DNA from: Oikopleura dioica
Taxonomy: Eukaryota; Animalia; Chordata
DNA length: 64,000 nt
Assembly: GCA_907165135.1 (NCBI GenBank)
Contig: OU015569.1
Location: 4,340,001 to 4,404,000, forward strand
Reading direction: 5' to 3'
The translations under genes were made by a program, and so were the position numbers. Every line of letters begins with the position of its first letter. Position 1 is the stretch's first letter. Positions 46,641 to 60,800 of this stretch are shown one piece after another. Under the pieces are notes generated by a model. It was not told where the DNA came from and did not search any database. It was given only the letters and a program-made list of their open reading frames with translations.

Positions 46641-49600
46641 TCATTTTGAATTAGTCGCAAATAGCTCCAGAGCGACCACAACGGCAGGAATTCTTTCCAA
46701 CGCATTCGTTCGGCCAGTAATTACGAGTTCCATACCGATTTTCACAATAGATGAGACAAGGCCCTTGATTAATTTTTTATTGGCGGCAAATGATAATTTC
46801 AAACCTGTGCAAATCGGATTTTCGACAGTATTGCCGAGCTTGGACCTAAGATCGTTGACAATTCTCTTTGTGAACTTCTTCTGGTCAGTAATATTCTCGC
46901 AGCCGCATTTAGATGATGTTGATAGTCCTTGGCAGTTGCTAAATTGCGCATTCGTGCACTGATTTGTTCCTTTAAAGTTTGAATATGTAGAACAGTAGTT
47001 TGGATCACGGAAACGCCAGTTTTTCTTCATCGTCTTGACATGATTCCCTTGAGGCGTGTAATGACATACTGTATAAGTAGACATAAGAACAGAAGGAACT
47101 GTATTCGGAGGCTAATTTATAGTTTCGAAACTGTCTTTAATATTTCTCATAAATTTTGCTCGAAACCGTTCCTGTTTGATTGGGAGTTGAACAGTTCCAC
47201 AACCAATTTTAGTTGTATCGGGCCAGAGAAGTGCAGTCAAGTGCCCGACAGGATCTTTTCCACGTCTTCCTTTCGTTGGATTTTTTGGATTGAAGTAGAA
47301 GATCTCGGCGTACCATCGGTAAACTGATTCACTACATGGACTTCCGTTTTCTGTCAAGTCCCAAGCGATGTTTTCACCGATGTTTACACCGCGCCAGGGC
47401 GAGTTTTGCTCTGAGTGTGGCCAGTTTTTAGTCTTCTTTGCGATTTTCTTCATATTGGGACCAAGCTTTGCACGATGAACTAGCTCACCAGCCCAAGCCT
47501 GGGCACTTTTAGCTAGATCAGGGTTCCAAGTGAGCTCTGGTAAACGATGGATTGCTCTGAAGAAGTTGTGGTAGTCGAGACACTCTTGATTGAAAGGATT
47601 CAACGAATAGCCATCACCGGTCAATGGCATGCCATATTCATTGACTGGTTTGTATCGCCTCTGTTGCGGATTGCATCTCCAATTATTACATTCTTCCTCA
47701 TCGAATTGACTTCCTGGACATCCCTGAAGTCCTGGCGTTCCATTGAAACATGGTCGGCGCCGATTTCTCTTTCCGCCTCCACATTCGGCGGAGCATTCGC
47801 TCCATTCGCCCCATTCTGTCCAGAAATTACAGTACTGACGCACAACACAGGGCATTTTTTGAGTTGGATATGTTTTTGTCGATTCATTCTTGCAAGGGCC
47901 GGCCACACACGATAAATGTCTTGTCATGAAACCTTGGCCGCACTTTTTAGAGCATGAGCCCCACTCGCTCCAGTCTCCCCATCTGCTTGTCTGACCGTCT
48001 GGACAAAGGATCATTGCGCAAGACTTCGGCTCCTGATGATAGGATAAAATTTTGCCAGTTGATCGGTTATGTGGACAACCTCTTTGGCATGCACGCTCTC
48101 TCCATTGAATCCCACCGCCACAAGTGCGAGAACAAGCCGTCCAGTTAGTCCATTCCGTCCACCCAACAACCTTTTTTCTGAAATTATTATCCAGTTATTC
48201 GAAAATCACTAGTTTTTTAACCTGACGATTCGATTTGGAGGCAGTTTATTTCGATAATTATCTAAGCTTTTAGGCGCTTTTGTTACTTTTTCGACTTCCT
48301 CAAACTCTTCTTCTTCTTCTAAGAACCCTTGAAAGTCTGCTAGCATAGACCCTATGGGTTCTTCTTCTTCCTCTTCTTCTACTTCTTTTCCTCCCCACCT
48401 ATTTGCAAAATATTCCGTTGTCATTTCGAATGTCGTAGTTTCGACCTTTTCTTCTTCTTCAGTTTCTTCATCTTCCAATTCTGTTCTTGATATTTTTTCT
48501 GTCGTAGTTCTCGGAGCTTGTGTAGTACGAAGTGCTCCGGGACAATTCGGCTTACATGGAACTATTTGGACCCAAGGCGTCGGGTTTTGACCGAAATGAT
48601 CTTTTGGCGTACACGATTTAGGATCACCACTACAACTTCTTATTCGTCTTTTCATTCCCTTTTGCCCACATCTTCCAAGACAGAAGCTCCACCTTCCCCA
48701 TTCTTCCCATGAATTGAGCGCCTCCGTCATTGTAGTTGACTTAGTCGTTGTTGAAGTCGAAATGAAAGACACAGACTCCGTCGGAGAAAAAGTTTCTACG
48801 GTTGTACTCGTTTGTGTTGTTTTCGTTGTTGTTGAACATATTTTCACACAGGGAGCAATTTCCATCCAGGGTCTGTCTTTCATGTCTTGCAATGATTGTA
48901 AACAGGAACCCTGAGCCCCTTCACACTTTCTCTGTCGTCTCTTTATACCATTCTCGCCACATTTTCCCAAGCATCCAGTCCACATGCCCCATTCTCCCCA
49001 ATTTCCCTTCGTTTTTGACGCAGAAATAGTGAAAGGATTACCGATTGGCTTTGAAACTTCTCTTTTTGTAGTGGTCATTATTTTTGCTCTCGTTGTTGTC
49101 TTTATAGTTGTTGTTGTACTTTTTGTTGAAGTCGTTGTTGTAGTCGTGGCTGTAGTCGTTGTTGTAGTCGTAGTTGAAGTCGTAGTTGCTGTTGTGGTAG
49201 TTCTTTTTTCTGTCGTTGTCGATGTTTTTATTGTCAAACAACTGCACTTTCTCACATCGAGCCAGGGCTTCCTCAATTTTTTAACTGTCGTCGGCTTTAG
49301 TTTCAAACAAACCGCACCTAAAGTGCTACATTTGCGCGCTCGTTTTTGAAGGCCAGTGTTCCCATTTATGCATCCACTACAAGACGACCATTCTTGCCAG
49401 TCTAGCCAGCGAGGATTTGCATCACTGTTCGTTATTTGAGTAATAGCTTTATTGATTGTTTGTGATGTTGCTGTTGCTTTAGTGAGTGTTGTAGCTACTG
49501 TGCTAGTTGTTGTTGCCGTTGTTGTAGTTCGCAAGTGAACTATTGGTTGATCCATAAGCATAATCATGTCTGAATTTTGACACTTCCCCTGGCATCGCTG

Positions 49601-51298
49601 GATATCAAGCCAGGGTTTCTCTTCTTTTGGATTAGTTGAGTCGACTAAACAGCTACCTCGCGGACCGCTGCACCCCCTTGTTCTTCTCCGCATTCCACGC
49701 TCGGAACAACTTGCTGAGCAAGAAGACCACTGACTCCAGTCTGCCCATTTTGGCCGTAAAGAAATGTTTTCCATTCGTCTTGCTTGAATCAGTGACGCAA
49801 ATATAGGTACAGGGGTTTTAGGAAGATTAGGGGTGGAATTAATTGTTGAGATCCTAGAATTCGTTGATGCCAAAGTTATTGTTTTGGATGTCTTGGTTTC
49901 TGTTGTTGTGGTTGTTGTTGTGGGTGTTGTTGTGGTTGTTGTGGTTGTTTTTGTTGTTGTGGTTGTTGTGGTTGTGGTTGTTGTTGTTGTTGTGGATGTG
50001 GATGTTGTCGTTGTGATTTTAGTTGTCGTGGTTGTAGTTGTCTTTATCGTTGACGTGTTTACTGAACCCTCGGTTATAGTCATTGGCACTTTTGTTGTAG
50101 TTTTTCTTTTTCTGAGTACCCGTCGGAATTTGTTTGGCATGGATGAAGTTTTACTTTGTTTTGAAAGAAATGGTCTCTTTGATGATGGTTAGATAATGGG
50201 TTTTCAATTGAAAATTTCAATAATTTGTTTCTACCAAAGAAGTTTCAAAAATTTAACCAAACTTTGTTGTTGATAACGGTTTTGTTGAGAATGCCCTTTG
50301 TCCAGTCATTATGCTCATAACTGGAAAATTAATTGATCCATCATGCTTACAAGAAGGCTCGCAGCGAGTTTGTTCAACCCAGGGCGTTTTGGATTCGTTC
50401 GTAGAGAGTTTCAAACAGCTGCCTTTTGGTCCATTGCATCCTCTTGTTCGGCGTCTTATTTTTTGGCTTAGATAAATGGATGAAATAAAAAAAGCTGTCA
50501 CCTAAATCCAATTTTTCCACATTGGCCTAGACAAGTAGACCATTCTGACCAATTATCCCACGCTATAGTTTGGTCAATACTCGTAGCTCCCGTCTTTTGT
50601 TGGAAAAAGTCAGGTGGAATCGATACGGATGCGGATCTTTGAAATGGATTTATTGCTGTACTTTTCTTAGTAGTCGATAGAGTGCTCGTCATCCGTTGAG
50701 TTGTTGTAGTCGAAGTTGATGTCGTAGTTGAAGTTGTTATTTCTGCTGTGGTTGGGTTGCTCCTTTTGTCTTGAGTTTCTGTCACGCAGTCAGGAATACA
50801 CCGCGTAGACTTTGACGGTTATAGGCAATAAATTAGTGACTATTCAAGTTTCACTCAATCGTAAATACCAATTATTCGAATAATCACTTTCAATTAATAC
50901 ATATATGGGTATTATATAACCGAGACCTGGACCCACGGGGTCTTATCACGACCACTGTAAACTTGTTTGCATTGACCTTGAAGACCGTGGCATAGTCGGG
51001 TTCGTTTCGACGAGCCAACCTGCTTCCTTCCTTGATCGCAAGGACCATAGCAAGTATCCCATTCGCCCCATTCACCCCAGCCAGCAGGCATTCTCATTTG
51101 CCAGCTGTTCCACCTGTAATGACAACAAGGTTCAAATCCTTTGAATCCAGTGCCAGTGCAGCAAGTCGGAGTCAACTCTGTCGTATCGTTCTGATCAGCC
51201 ATCGACCAGAGGCGAGTAGCAAATGGCATCCCAACTGCTCGATTGCCGGCCACATTCGCCAGAACCGTTGGCTCCACACCGCTTCTTAGAGTTTTCAA
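46641..51298 (-). CDS. Very large secreted mosaic: 6 divergent TSP1 repeats separated by Thr-rich mucin tracts, acidic linker, 3 canonical TSP1 repeats, CAP/SCP domain, Cys-containing tail
   Basis: WxxWxxWxxCxxxC..RRxRxC repeats in ORFs 50912-51298, 50498-50785, 50253-50501, 48209-50140 and 47112-48014; CAP motifs CLDYHNFFRAIH..LTWNPDLAKSAQAWA..GENIAW..WYAE..GHLTALLWPDTTKIGCG|..VCHYTPQGN; exons join in phase. The 5' end may extend to 52283. Confidence 0.85.
49900..50045 (-). repeat. Thr-codon (ACN)n low-complexity tract, mucin-like
   Basis: GTT/GTG trinucleotide run on the + strand encoding poly-Thr in the TSR-CAP gene; similar tracts at about 49090-49220 and 50690-50750. Confidence 0.9.
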
Positions 51299-51371
51299 AA
51301 GTTAATTAGACGCGCTTAAAAAAACAGAGATAAGAAAGAATGGGATTAGTCGCGCATTATTTCAGTCTATT

Positions 51372-52283
51372 TTAGAGTTCGCAATCCAATTTCGGATAGC
51401 AAACTTTCAGATCAGTTTTGGAAACGGGACTGTAATCTTCCTCGGCAACGTAGCCCTTGTAGCCATAGAACTGACCATTTTTCTCATCGCATGGGGTTTT
51501 CATGATTCCCCAACGCTCAAACGTGTCGGTCAGCTTGCAAATATGAATTTCCTTTTCGAACCCGGGTTGCGGCTCGGCGAAGAATGTCACCATGTGCGAC
51601 TTAAACTCACTCGAAGGACGTGCTGAAGCTTGGTAAACCGCTCTCTTTTTTACGAGAAATTCAGTAAGATAAAGAGTCTTTCAAAGGGCTGAAAGCTGTC
51701 TCAATATTTTCATTTTTATATTGTCCGAAGCGTATTCCGCCCATTACCTTTGTGCGCGATGATCAGATGACTGTGACCGTCTAGGAATGGGACTGATTAG
51801 TCTTTATTTTTCCAGTTGAGTCAACCCTTTTTATTGATATTATTATCATTATAAATTTAGTTTTTACGGGAGTATGGTAAAATACGAATCATCAAAGTTT
51901 GATTCAAACAGCCTTTTCTTGAACACAGTTGATCCAAACGCCGAAATCTTGGGCCCGAAATGTCCACTTGGAGACTTGAGCTTCACTGGTGGCGCATTTC
52001 TAAATCCTCGAATGTTGAATTCTTCGATAAAGTCTCTCAAAGGAGCATCAGGGTTCTCTTTGAAAAAATCCATCCTCGCTTTTTCAGTGCTCTCTAAAGA
52101 ATTTCCTTTTCTTTTCAGCGATTTCTGAAACCTCGCAGCAGGAGGCGAAAAAATTTCCCTCTCTTTTTTTGCATCAGAAAAAGACTGCAACTTCAACTTT
52201 TTCAGCTTTCTCCGCTTCACACGGGCTGCTTTCTTACTGTCGCTAACGGAAAAAAGCAATAATAGTAAAACGAAAAACTTCAT
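51372..52283 (-). CDS. Secreted protein with basic pro-region and Cys-containing C-part (or the 5' exons of the TSR-CAP gene)
   Basis: MKFFVLLLLLFSVSDS signal peptide; in-phase exons to HICKLTDTFERWGIMKTPCDEK..VCYPKLDCEL*. A GA donor after KLDC could link it to the downstream gene. Confidence 0.55.
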
Positions 52284-53850
52284 TCTTCTTGCTTTGAGAT
52301 ATTTGCAACTAAACTAGCTCTAGAATAGCTAAAGCGGATTCAGGAGAGGCGAAACGAATGTGATTACGAGAGTTTCAACAAAACCGTGTCCAGCTAGCCC
52401 CAATGCACTGAATTGATTCAACCCACTAACATACTTGGTGGAGACAAACATAATTAGATCATTTTTCCAAGGCAATCTCTCTGTATTCCACAAAATTGAT
52501 TGTGTCTCGTCAAAATATGAAAATTCGAATAAAATTGTACGCTCATTTCTTAAATCAACCGATAGAAGAGAATTGTTATCGAAATAGAACTTCTTTTGAA
52601 AAAAAAAATATGAATTATTTTAGTTCGACGGAAGTGAACTGCGAATAAATTCAAAGGTAAGCGTCTGTATTATGAGTCTTATGAGTTTAATTCGAGTTAA
52701 TTACAGTATTTAATTAACTTCATGCTGATTCTAAATCATTTTTAAAAAGTCAACTATCAAGGAATACCGCCGGTGTCTGTGGGTGGTAGAGTGAGAAACT
52801 GCAGTAGTAAGTGAACGATAATAAAAACGGTGAGTTAGAATTCTCAATCCTGGTGATTGCGAAGCTAGTGAGTGGCCCTGCTCCATAAAAGGAGAAGTCC
52901 ACCGCTCGTCCCTAATTACGCGCTTACGCCCGAGATCCTATGAATACCCAAGAACAATAAGTCCCCCAAACTTTTTTTAACTTTTAACAAAGACGAATTA
53001 TTTAAAAAAGAAAGAGCAACCGTCGGAGAAAGAGCTACGCGGGAAATAGAGACAACACGGTAAAAAGTAAGAAAAATCGAGAGTCTCAAAAGAAGAACAA
53101 GTAGCAACTTCGAATTTGTCGCACGAAATCAGTACTTGGAAGGTTAGTACAGAGTGCGTGACAGACATGATGGATAGAGCACACAATTGATTTGGAAATG
53201 ATTTTTGTACACAGAGTGATATTAGAGAATATTTTGAAGACTGATGGAAGAATAAAGATTAATTTTCAAATGGGGCTTGATTGACGCGTCCTTCCATATT
53301 TTTTTCGTTAACGGTATGTTCGATAAGCATATTTTACTAATTAAACAGTTTCTATGGGTAATCCTCTTTTTCCTTAGATACTATCTAGATAGGAATAAGC
53401 ACTCAGAGAAAGTGATCTGTTTGATGATTACTTGGGCACCTTCATCCGTAAAGTATTTTATGTTGAAAGAATACTATATCCTTAGCTTGGTCATACTTGA
53501 GTGGAGCTTTTCACCCGCGCTATCGAATTTGCTCCCTGATATTCAAAAGTATCCAATCGAGAAAATATCAAGGTAAAAACTTGTACGACGCCATGAATAA
53601 ACAGGGCTGATTGATGTTTTCCTCTTCGTTACGGGGCTATTTCGTTAACTGGGTTTTGATCACGCCTGGGCGCTCTGTTACGAGAAGAAAAGATCGTAAA
53701 AAAGGCAAAAGAGAAGACTCACTCTCAGTGTTGCGCGGCGCATAATAATATTTTGCCCTTTACGCCTTTCTGCCAGTTTTTTAAACAAAGCAAGAGAGAT
53801 TTAAATAAAGAGTTTAGACTTTGACAAGGAATTGAAGCAACAGTGGAGAA

Positions 53851-56055
53851 ATGAAGTTCGCATCACTTTTGGTAGGAGCGAGCCACGCCGTGCCACTGGA
53901 AAACACTGCGAATAAGATCACAGCGGACAAACTGGACGAAGTGACTATACTGAAGAGCGGTGATGCCTTTACCGTTTCTGGTTCGTTCGAAACAAAAGGC
54001 GGAATCACCGCTGCATGCTCAGCAGAGTGGGCACTATCGTAAGTTCAACAATTTATGCAGAAAACAGAAGTTTTCCCTAAAGCGTTTTAAAAACCTTATT
54101 TTAGACTGCAGGTCGCCATTGATGGTGATCGAATCTTGGAGGCCCAGGTCGACAAGGGCAACTTCAAGTACCGACAACTCTCGTCCTTCGAAGAACTGCT
54201 CCCTTACGGCATAGCTCACATTAAAATCGATGAATGCAGCAGTTTGTTAGAAGGACCCGATGGAACAGCCCCAGCCTGTAGCATTGTAACAGACAGCACT
54301 AAAGAAGTATTCACTTATGAAGTTGGAATCGAAGGACTTACTGTGGACGATAGTGGGAAAGAAATCAGTCTCCAGTGGAACTGTGACACTGAGCTAGAAA
54401 TCCAGCCGACAATTCTTGAGGTCTGGCAAGAAGGAGAACTGACGCAGAGCATCGGCACAACTGATCTCTCTTCGGACATGAATGCCACTATCGTCGCTGC
54501 CTGTGCCATGCAGAATGAACTGCCAAAAGCAAACGACATTACGTTCTCTATCGGCGGCTTTGAACAGGTTGTCGAAGTAGATGAGAATGGAACCGCACAA
54601 CTGAATGTTACCGGATCCGACTTGCTCCAATACGGCGGAAAGAATATCCACGACCAACCTATCACGTGTAGTGCCAGTCAAATTGCGGTGAGAACTTGTT
54701 TATGATTACGCAACTCCAGTTACATAACTGCATTATTTATCTGACAGCAATAATTTAGTCTAATGGTGCTCTGCTTAAATCTTACGATATGACCTCCATT
54801 GAAAGCGTGGAATTCCGCTACCCAACAACGTACGCCAGAATTAGTGTTGATGGCGTGAAAGAATACCAATCAAAAAGGTAGAGTATTTCTAGTAACACTG
54901 GCGTGTAGCCAATGCTACAGCTTGCGAATGACGGATCATTAATTAGGAAAAAGTTTGATACGCAATAAATCATTTTTCCAGCTATCTGGCAAAGGGCTCA
55001 CAAGCAAAGGTCAGCTGCGATGCTGATGGATTCCCCAAACCTGAACTAGATCTTACTGCAAATGGCCTCGACCTCAACAATAACGTGTAAGTGAGCGAAA
55101 ATCAATAGCAACTACATCAGCGATCGTAAAATTTCCTCGCCGGCTGTTTCAGCTTCAAAGCGTCTGTTTTCCTATTTTTTCCGTAATCAAAAAGATCGCG
55201 CAAAAATTGAATGCTAGCTCATTATTCAATTATAGTCTGACTGAGAAAACCGATTTCAAATGTGTTGCCAATGGTATTGAAGATGTCCAGACTGTGGACA
55301 TTTTCTACCTCGAAGACGTCCAAGTTGCGCACGATGGAAAAACTGATGAAGAGCCACTTTATGAAGGGCGCGATGTAACGTTCAGCTGCAGTGCTAGGTC
55401 GAATCCCCCGGCGTCTTTCAGTCTTGTCAAAGGTATTCATATTTATCGGATTCTGGAATAACAAAAGAGTTAATTGATGAGCGGTTGTAAATATCTTCTC
55501 TACGTGCGTAGTGAATCACTTAGCTAGTAGCTTAATGAACCGCCTTAATCATAACGCTAGCATACTAATTAATTTTTCAAGACGGTCAAGTCTTTTCGGA
55601 CCATGGCGAGCGCGATCACACGATCGAGGCCGTGAGCGGAATCTTCACCTGTGCCGCCTCCTTGCCTCCGGTGTTCGGAATCAACAATGTAGAATCAACT
55701 GGAGCGACAATCACCGCCGAACCAGCACCCGAAGAAGGATCCGGCCGTGCAATCAGTAAGCAAGAGTTATTTTCTTAATCGTCGATTTCGCATCGTAAAT
55801 CGCCCAGCGTTGACTTTTACGGAGACTTTATTGGTGAGCTTTAGAGCTGACCAATGATGAAAAGTCAGTTCACGAAAGGTCGCGTAGAAAATGTCGTTTT
55901 TACTACGATTGATTTAAGTTATCGTCTCCATTGTCATCATCGTTGTCTGCCTGATCGGTGCTGTTGGCTTCTTTGTGTGGAAAAAGAAGCAGGCTGACAA
56001 GGGCGAGGAAGTGCCGCAAGACGAAGAAGACGCTCAGGACGATGCCGAAGAATGA
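53851..56055 (+). CDS. Immunoglobulin-superfamily type I membrane protein (ALCAM/MCAM-like adhesion receptor)
   Basis: Signal peptide MKFASLLVGASHA; several Ig-like Cys/Trp patterns (ISLQWNC, ITCSA, CDADGFPKP, EGRDVTFSCSARSNPPASF); TM IVIIVVCLIGAVGFFVW then KKKQ and a short acidic tail EEDAQDDAEE*. Confidence 0.8.
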
Positions 56056-57889
56056 GCATGATCATGTAAAAGAACCCGTTACAACTGTTAGCCACTTCTG
56101 CAATCACGGAGAACAATATTCAACATTCTAACTTAGGAAATAATCTCGCTTTTGCAAGTCACTCAAACTGTACAAATCTCCTGTTTCACCGAAATCTTCC
56201 TTCGAGTACGCACATCCACTCGTGACCCTGCTATTTTCATGGATAAAACATGAACAGAATAAAACAATAAATCGAATTGATTTTCTTTTTATAATCTTAT
56301 CATCATTCATGGCTACGAATAGGATATCTAAGCGGAGTTGCGGGCAGCCTAGGGTTCGCTGGGTAGATTGATCCGTTCGGCTACTCTAAAACGCAGATAT
56401 AAATCGGTTCAAGTTTGACAGCTCGGATCGACTAATCACTTTGGCGGAAGTTTTTTGCATTAGCCAAATTTGACAAGCTCATTTTGTTCGGAATTCGTTC
56501 AAATCTGCTGATTTGCGAGAAAAAAGTCAGTTGTTTGTATTTTGAAATCAAGGAAGATTTAGATATTTTAGAAAATGATTTTTCCACCGAAAGTTTTGGT
56601 AAACAGGCGAAAATTGGTGCACGCTGATCTTGACTGAATAAAGGTTGAAGAATATCTTAGACCGAGCATTCGCGGTAGAATAACATCACCATGCGGTCAA
56701 CAAAACAGGCGTCGTTGCCCGTAAAAATTAGCTAAAATCATCTAAGTGCTACTTTCAATTTTCTGGATGATCGTTGAAATGATGGAGAAACTTATTGATA
56801 AAGTATCAATGGTCATATATTGTTCCTTCAAAAGCACAATTTGTTCTATTCCTAAAATCGATTCTTTGCCTCCAATACTTACTAGTAGGCTGGACCACGG
56901 CAGACGTCCGGAAATGAGGCAAAAAGAAGCATCGTTCAAAAAGACGAGTGTCTCCGCAGCTGTTTATGTCGGACGGACGATAGCGTTTCTTGCTCCTTTT
57001 GACACACGTGAGGCCCTCACGGTGAGGGAAAGAGTCTCTGTGCTTATTCATCTTTCTTGACATCTGAAAAAGCTCAGAAGTGAATACCGCACACCTTCCG
57101 CTACCATGAACAGAGCAAGCTGAGTCGGACATCTACATCTTTGGGCGAGAAGACACCGGCCTTCTACGGGACGACGGCTTTGTTCAGCCGGCGTTTACTT
57201 TGCTCTCGGGATATATGCGGCACAATCCTTATATTTATTCTGATAGTGGAAACTGAAAATATAATTTTTAAGCTTCCCTATCCGGAATTGAGAACGACGT
57301 GAAGAGTCGTAGGATCCGCCTCTGAAAGCCGTCTGCTGGACGAAATATCGGAATTTATCCTGCTTCTCTCGAAGTAAGAAGCTAAGTGAATCTCTTGTCT
57401 GTGGAATTTAAGCTTCTTTAGTAGGAGCACAGTTGAGTATTGACGTGATGAACTCTCGCTGTTTCGATATTTCGATCTTGAAACTTTCTACTAAAAAGTT
57501 GAGTCTTCAAGTCAAGACGATATCGATTTTAATATCTTTTTACAAAAAAAGTCTGGGATGCCAATTTTGATCTCTAGACAATTTTAAAGATTTGGATTTG
57601 TTCAAAGTTCGAAGTGATTAGGGTTTACTCTCAAACACGAAATTGCTCAACGTCTGCAGATCTGTCCAGTTTTGGTCGGGAAAAGAATTTTGAAGCGGGC
57701 AAAATATTTAAATTTGACATTGATCATTCCCATATCACGAAAAGCGTAAAATCCGAAATCATCTCGTTTTAGAGCGGTTTATGCATAAAATCATGTCACA
57801 ATCATTGCCAGCCATTCGGTACAAGATGGCGCTGTCGCTAATATAAGTCAAAAACTATCGGAGAAAATCAGTAGCATATCAGAGGAAAA

Positions 57890-60800
57890 ATGGGACGTTT
57901 GTCAAAGATTTTCCTTTGTTTGGGCGCCACTAGCTCGGCGAATTTTTTGCTCCCAAATTATTCTTCAGAAGAGTTCCAGTCGGGATCATCGGCAAAGTGG
58001 TGGGACGATGACCACGCCGAGCGGCTCAGAAACGTTCTTTGGCAGATGTCCCCAGAAGTACTCGAGAATCACTTTTTCAATGAGCCGATCAGTCAGAAAG
58101 GAGCAGAAAAAGCCGTCGAAGGGATCATGAACACACTCGATAAGATTGCTGAAGACATGGTCACAAAGAGAGACTCTTGCTGGGAAAGCGTCAGTCCGCA
58201 GATTGGGATCTAAATTCACTTTTTCTTGAGAGAAATAATGAAAAAACAACTATTTTCTTCCAAAGATAAGGAGAAAGATCCCCTCAAAGCCTGAAGATCC
58301 ATACGATTCCATGGAATCAACAACAGAGAATCCTCCGACCTCTAGCTGGCAGCCCACAACGTCCGAAGCAATTCCACCAACCACGATGTACTATCGAAAA
58401 CGACGAGACGGATCAAATGATGGACTTGAAGTGCGTAAAATGAAAGACGGTAGTCAGACTTGGGATCCTACAGGAAAACCCGAGAAGGATATTCCTGAGA
58501 TATTCTGGCAACATGCTCGATGGATTCGTGAAGAAATCTTTATCTACTGTCCTACCATGGCTTTTAATCTGGTAAGCAGCATCACGTTTTCAGAAAAATC
58601 ATAAAAAGGGAGTGATAAAGTAATCAATTTTTTTAAGTTTGGACGATTAGACAAGCTTCAAGATAAAACTATCACTCAATACTGTAACAAAGTTGATCCC
58701 GCAGAAGTTTTCTGGTAAGTCTCTCGGTCTAACCTTTATTAACCTTCCCATAAAGCAGCCCAGACGATGATGGTGCTGGAGGATACCCGACAATGCCACC
58801 GAGTACTGAAGAACCAGCCACCGAAGAACCAACTACTACGGTCCCTGTCGAAACGACGGAGCCATACGATACTACTTCTACTAGCAACGTTTACTCCACT
58901 TACGTTGATACTACTACACCCGAAATCGTAACAGACATCTGGACTACTACCAACAATCCATACTGCGAGTCTCGAAAGGACTGTTCCGATATGTTTCCTA
59001 GCCAGTGTCCAGAAAGAAACTCGTGCGCTTGTAAAAGTGGCTCTTGCGTGAATCGAGAGACAACAACTGAAATGTATACTTCTCATGAGTATACAACACC
59101 TAAAGTGTCGACGACTTCTTCAACCACCACAAGTAAAACAACTACAACCACTACCACTACCACCACAACAACCACAACAACAACAACAACAACTACTACT
59201 TCTACTACTACAACCACTACTATGCCGGACGGTTACTGCATAAGTCACAAGGATTGCCGAGACGCCGATTCAGGTTAGAGGATTTAGATAATGGCTTGTG
59301 GCGTTCTCAAATATTAATAATCATCAATATTCATCTACGTATATCAAATTAACCGTATCTTCTTAAGATTGCACGTCTGGTTCTTTCAAATGCAGATGTA
59401 AATATTACTACTGCGTGAAAGTGCCTGTCACAACCACAACCACAACAACGACATCCACAACAACAACTTCGACTACTACCACTACCACTACAACAACAAC
59501 GACTACGACCATGCCTGATGGCTATTGTACCTCCAACGCTGAATGCCGAGAAGCAGACGAAGATTGCACTTCAGGATCATTTAAATGTCGTTGCAAAAAC
59601 TACTATTGTATTAAAATTCCTGTTACTACTACGACTACAACTACAACATCTACCACAACGACGTCAACGACGACGACAACCACTACAATGCCCCCTTCAG
59701 TATGCTACAGTGCCAAAGACTGCGTCGAGATCGCCCCAGATACTTGTCCTTCACGAAGTTCTTGCCGCTGTTCGAAAGGAGAATGTAAACCAAAACCAAC
59801 AACGACAACAACCACTTATAGCAGCACAACAACTTCAGAACCAACTACCCCAGAATACACCGTTCCTTCTGGTTGTAAAAACCGGGGCAACTGCGTGAAA
59901 CTGGAACCTGAAATGTGCCCGACAAAAACTTCCTGCACTTGTGATGATGGAACTTGCGTGCCAAAGACAACTGTTGATCCATACGTTACAGCTGGTCCAA
60001 CTGATATGTGCGAAAGCAAAAAAGATTGCATGGTTATTGATCCCAATAACTGCCCGAATAGATCATCCTGCGCTTGCAGAAAAGGCGAATGTGTGCCAGT
60101 TGAGTCTACAACTACCACCGAGGCTCCGACAGGAGGAAACGGAGGCTACGGCGACTCTTGTAAGAATAAGGGAGACTGCGTAAAGATGTTCCCAGACATG
60201 TGCCCAAAGAAGAGCGCGTGTAAGTGTGAGTCTGGCGAGTGCGTTCAAGTTGAGACTACTACCACCACTGGCTACATGACTACTACAGCCCCATCTAACA
60301 CATGCTCGAACCGAGGCGATTGCGTCAAAATGGATCCGGACATGTGCCCAGAGCGAACTAGCTGCTCTTGCACCGATGGAGAGTGTGTTCCCAAGGAAGT
60401 CGTTAACGAATGCTCCAATAAGGGCGATTGCGTCACTAATAATCCATCAATGTGCCCAACTAAAGCTGATTGTCTCTGTAAATCTGGCACATGTGTAGCA
60501 GTTGAAGGAGGTGATGGAGATAGTGGATACGGCGGAGAGACCCCAGTTGATTCGGAGTACTGCACTTCCAGAAAATCATGCACAGAGGTGAGGCTCAATA
60601 CCTTTTAAAGAGTTATTTCAAAACTTGTCATAAATATTTTTTAGCTTTACCCAGATATGTGCCCAGTAAACAGCTGCAACTGCAAAGCAGGAATTTGCGA
60701 GCCACAAGAGCTCTGCACATCGAGAAAACACTGCGAAGAAATGTTTCCTTCGAAATGCGCGGTAATATTGTTCACACTACCGATCAGAAACTAAACATAA

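Noticed and set aside
48984-50192. Poly-Val ORFs on the plus strand (48984-49349, 49833-50192)
   Set aside because: Antisense of poly-Thr codons, not membrane proteins.
52950-53600. Possible minus-strand exons between the secreted gene and the Ig gene
   Set aside because: No phase-consistent start found.
56325-56420. GC-rich patch with a box-A-like TAGCCGAACGG on the minus strand
   Set aside because: No box B and no cloverleaf can be drawn; not a tRNA.
56690-57480. Coding-like region with several open frames, including KRSIVQKDEC (insulin A-chain-like start)
   Set aside because: Lacks the CC-x3-C-x8-C insulin pattern; exon structure and strand are unresolved.
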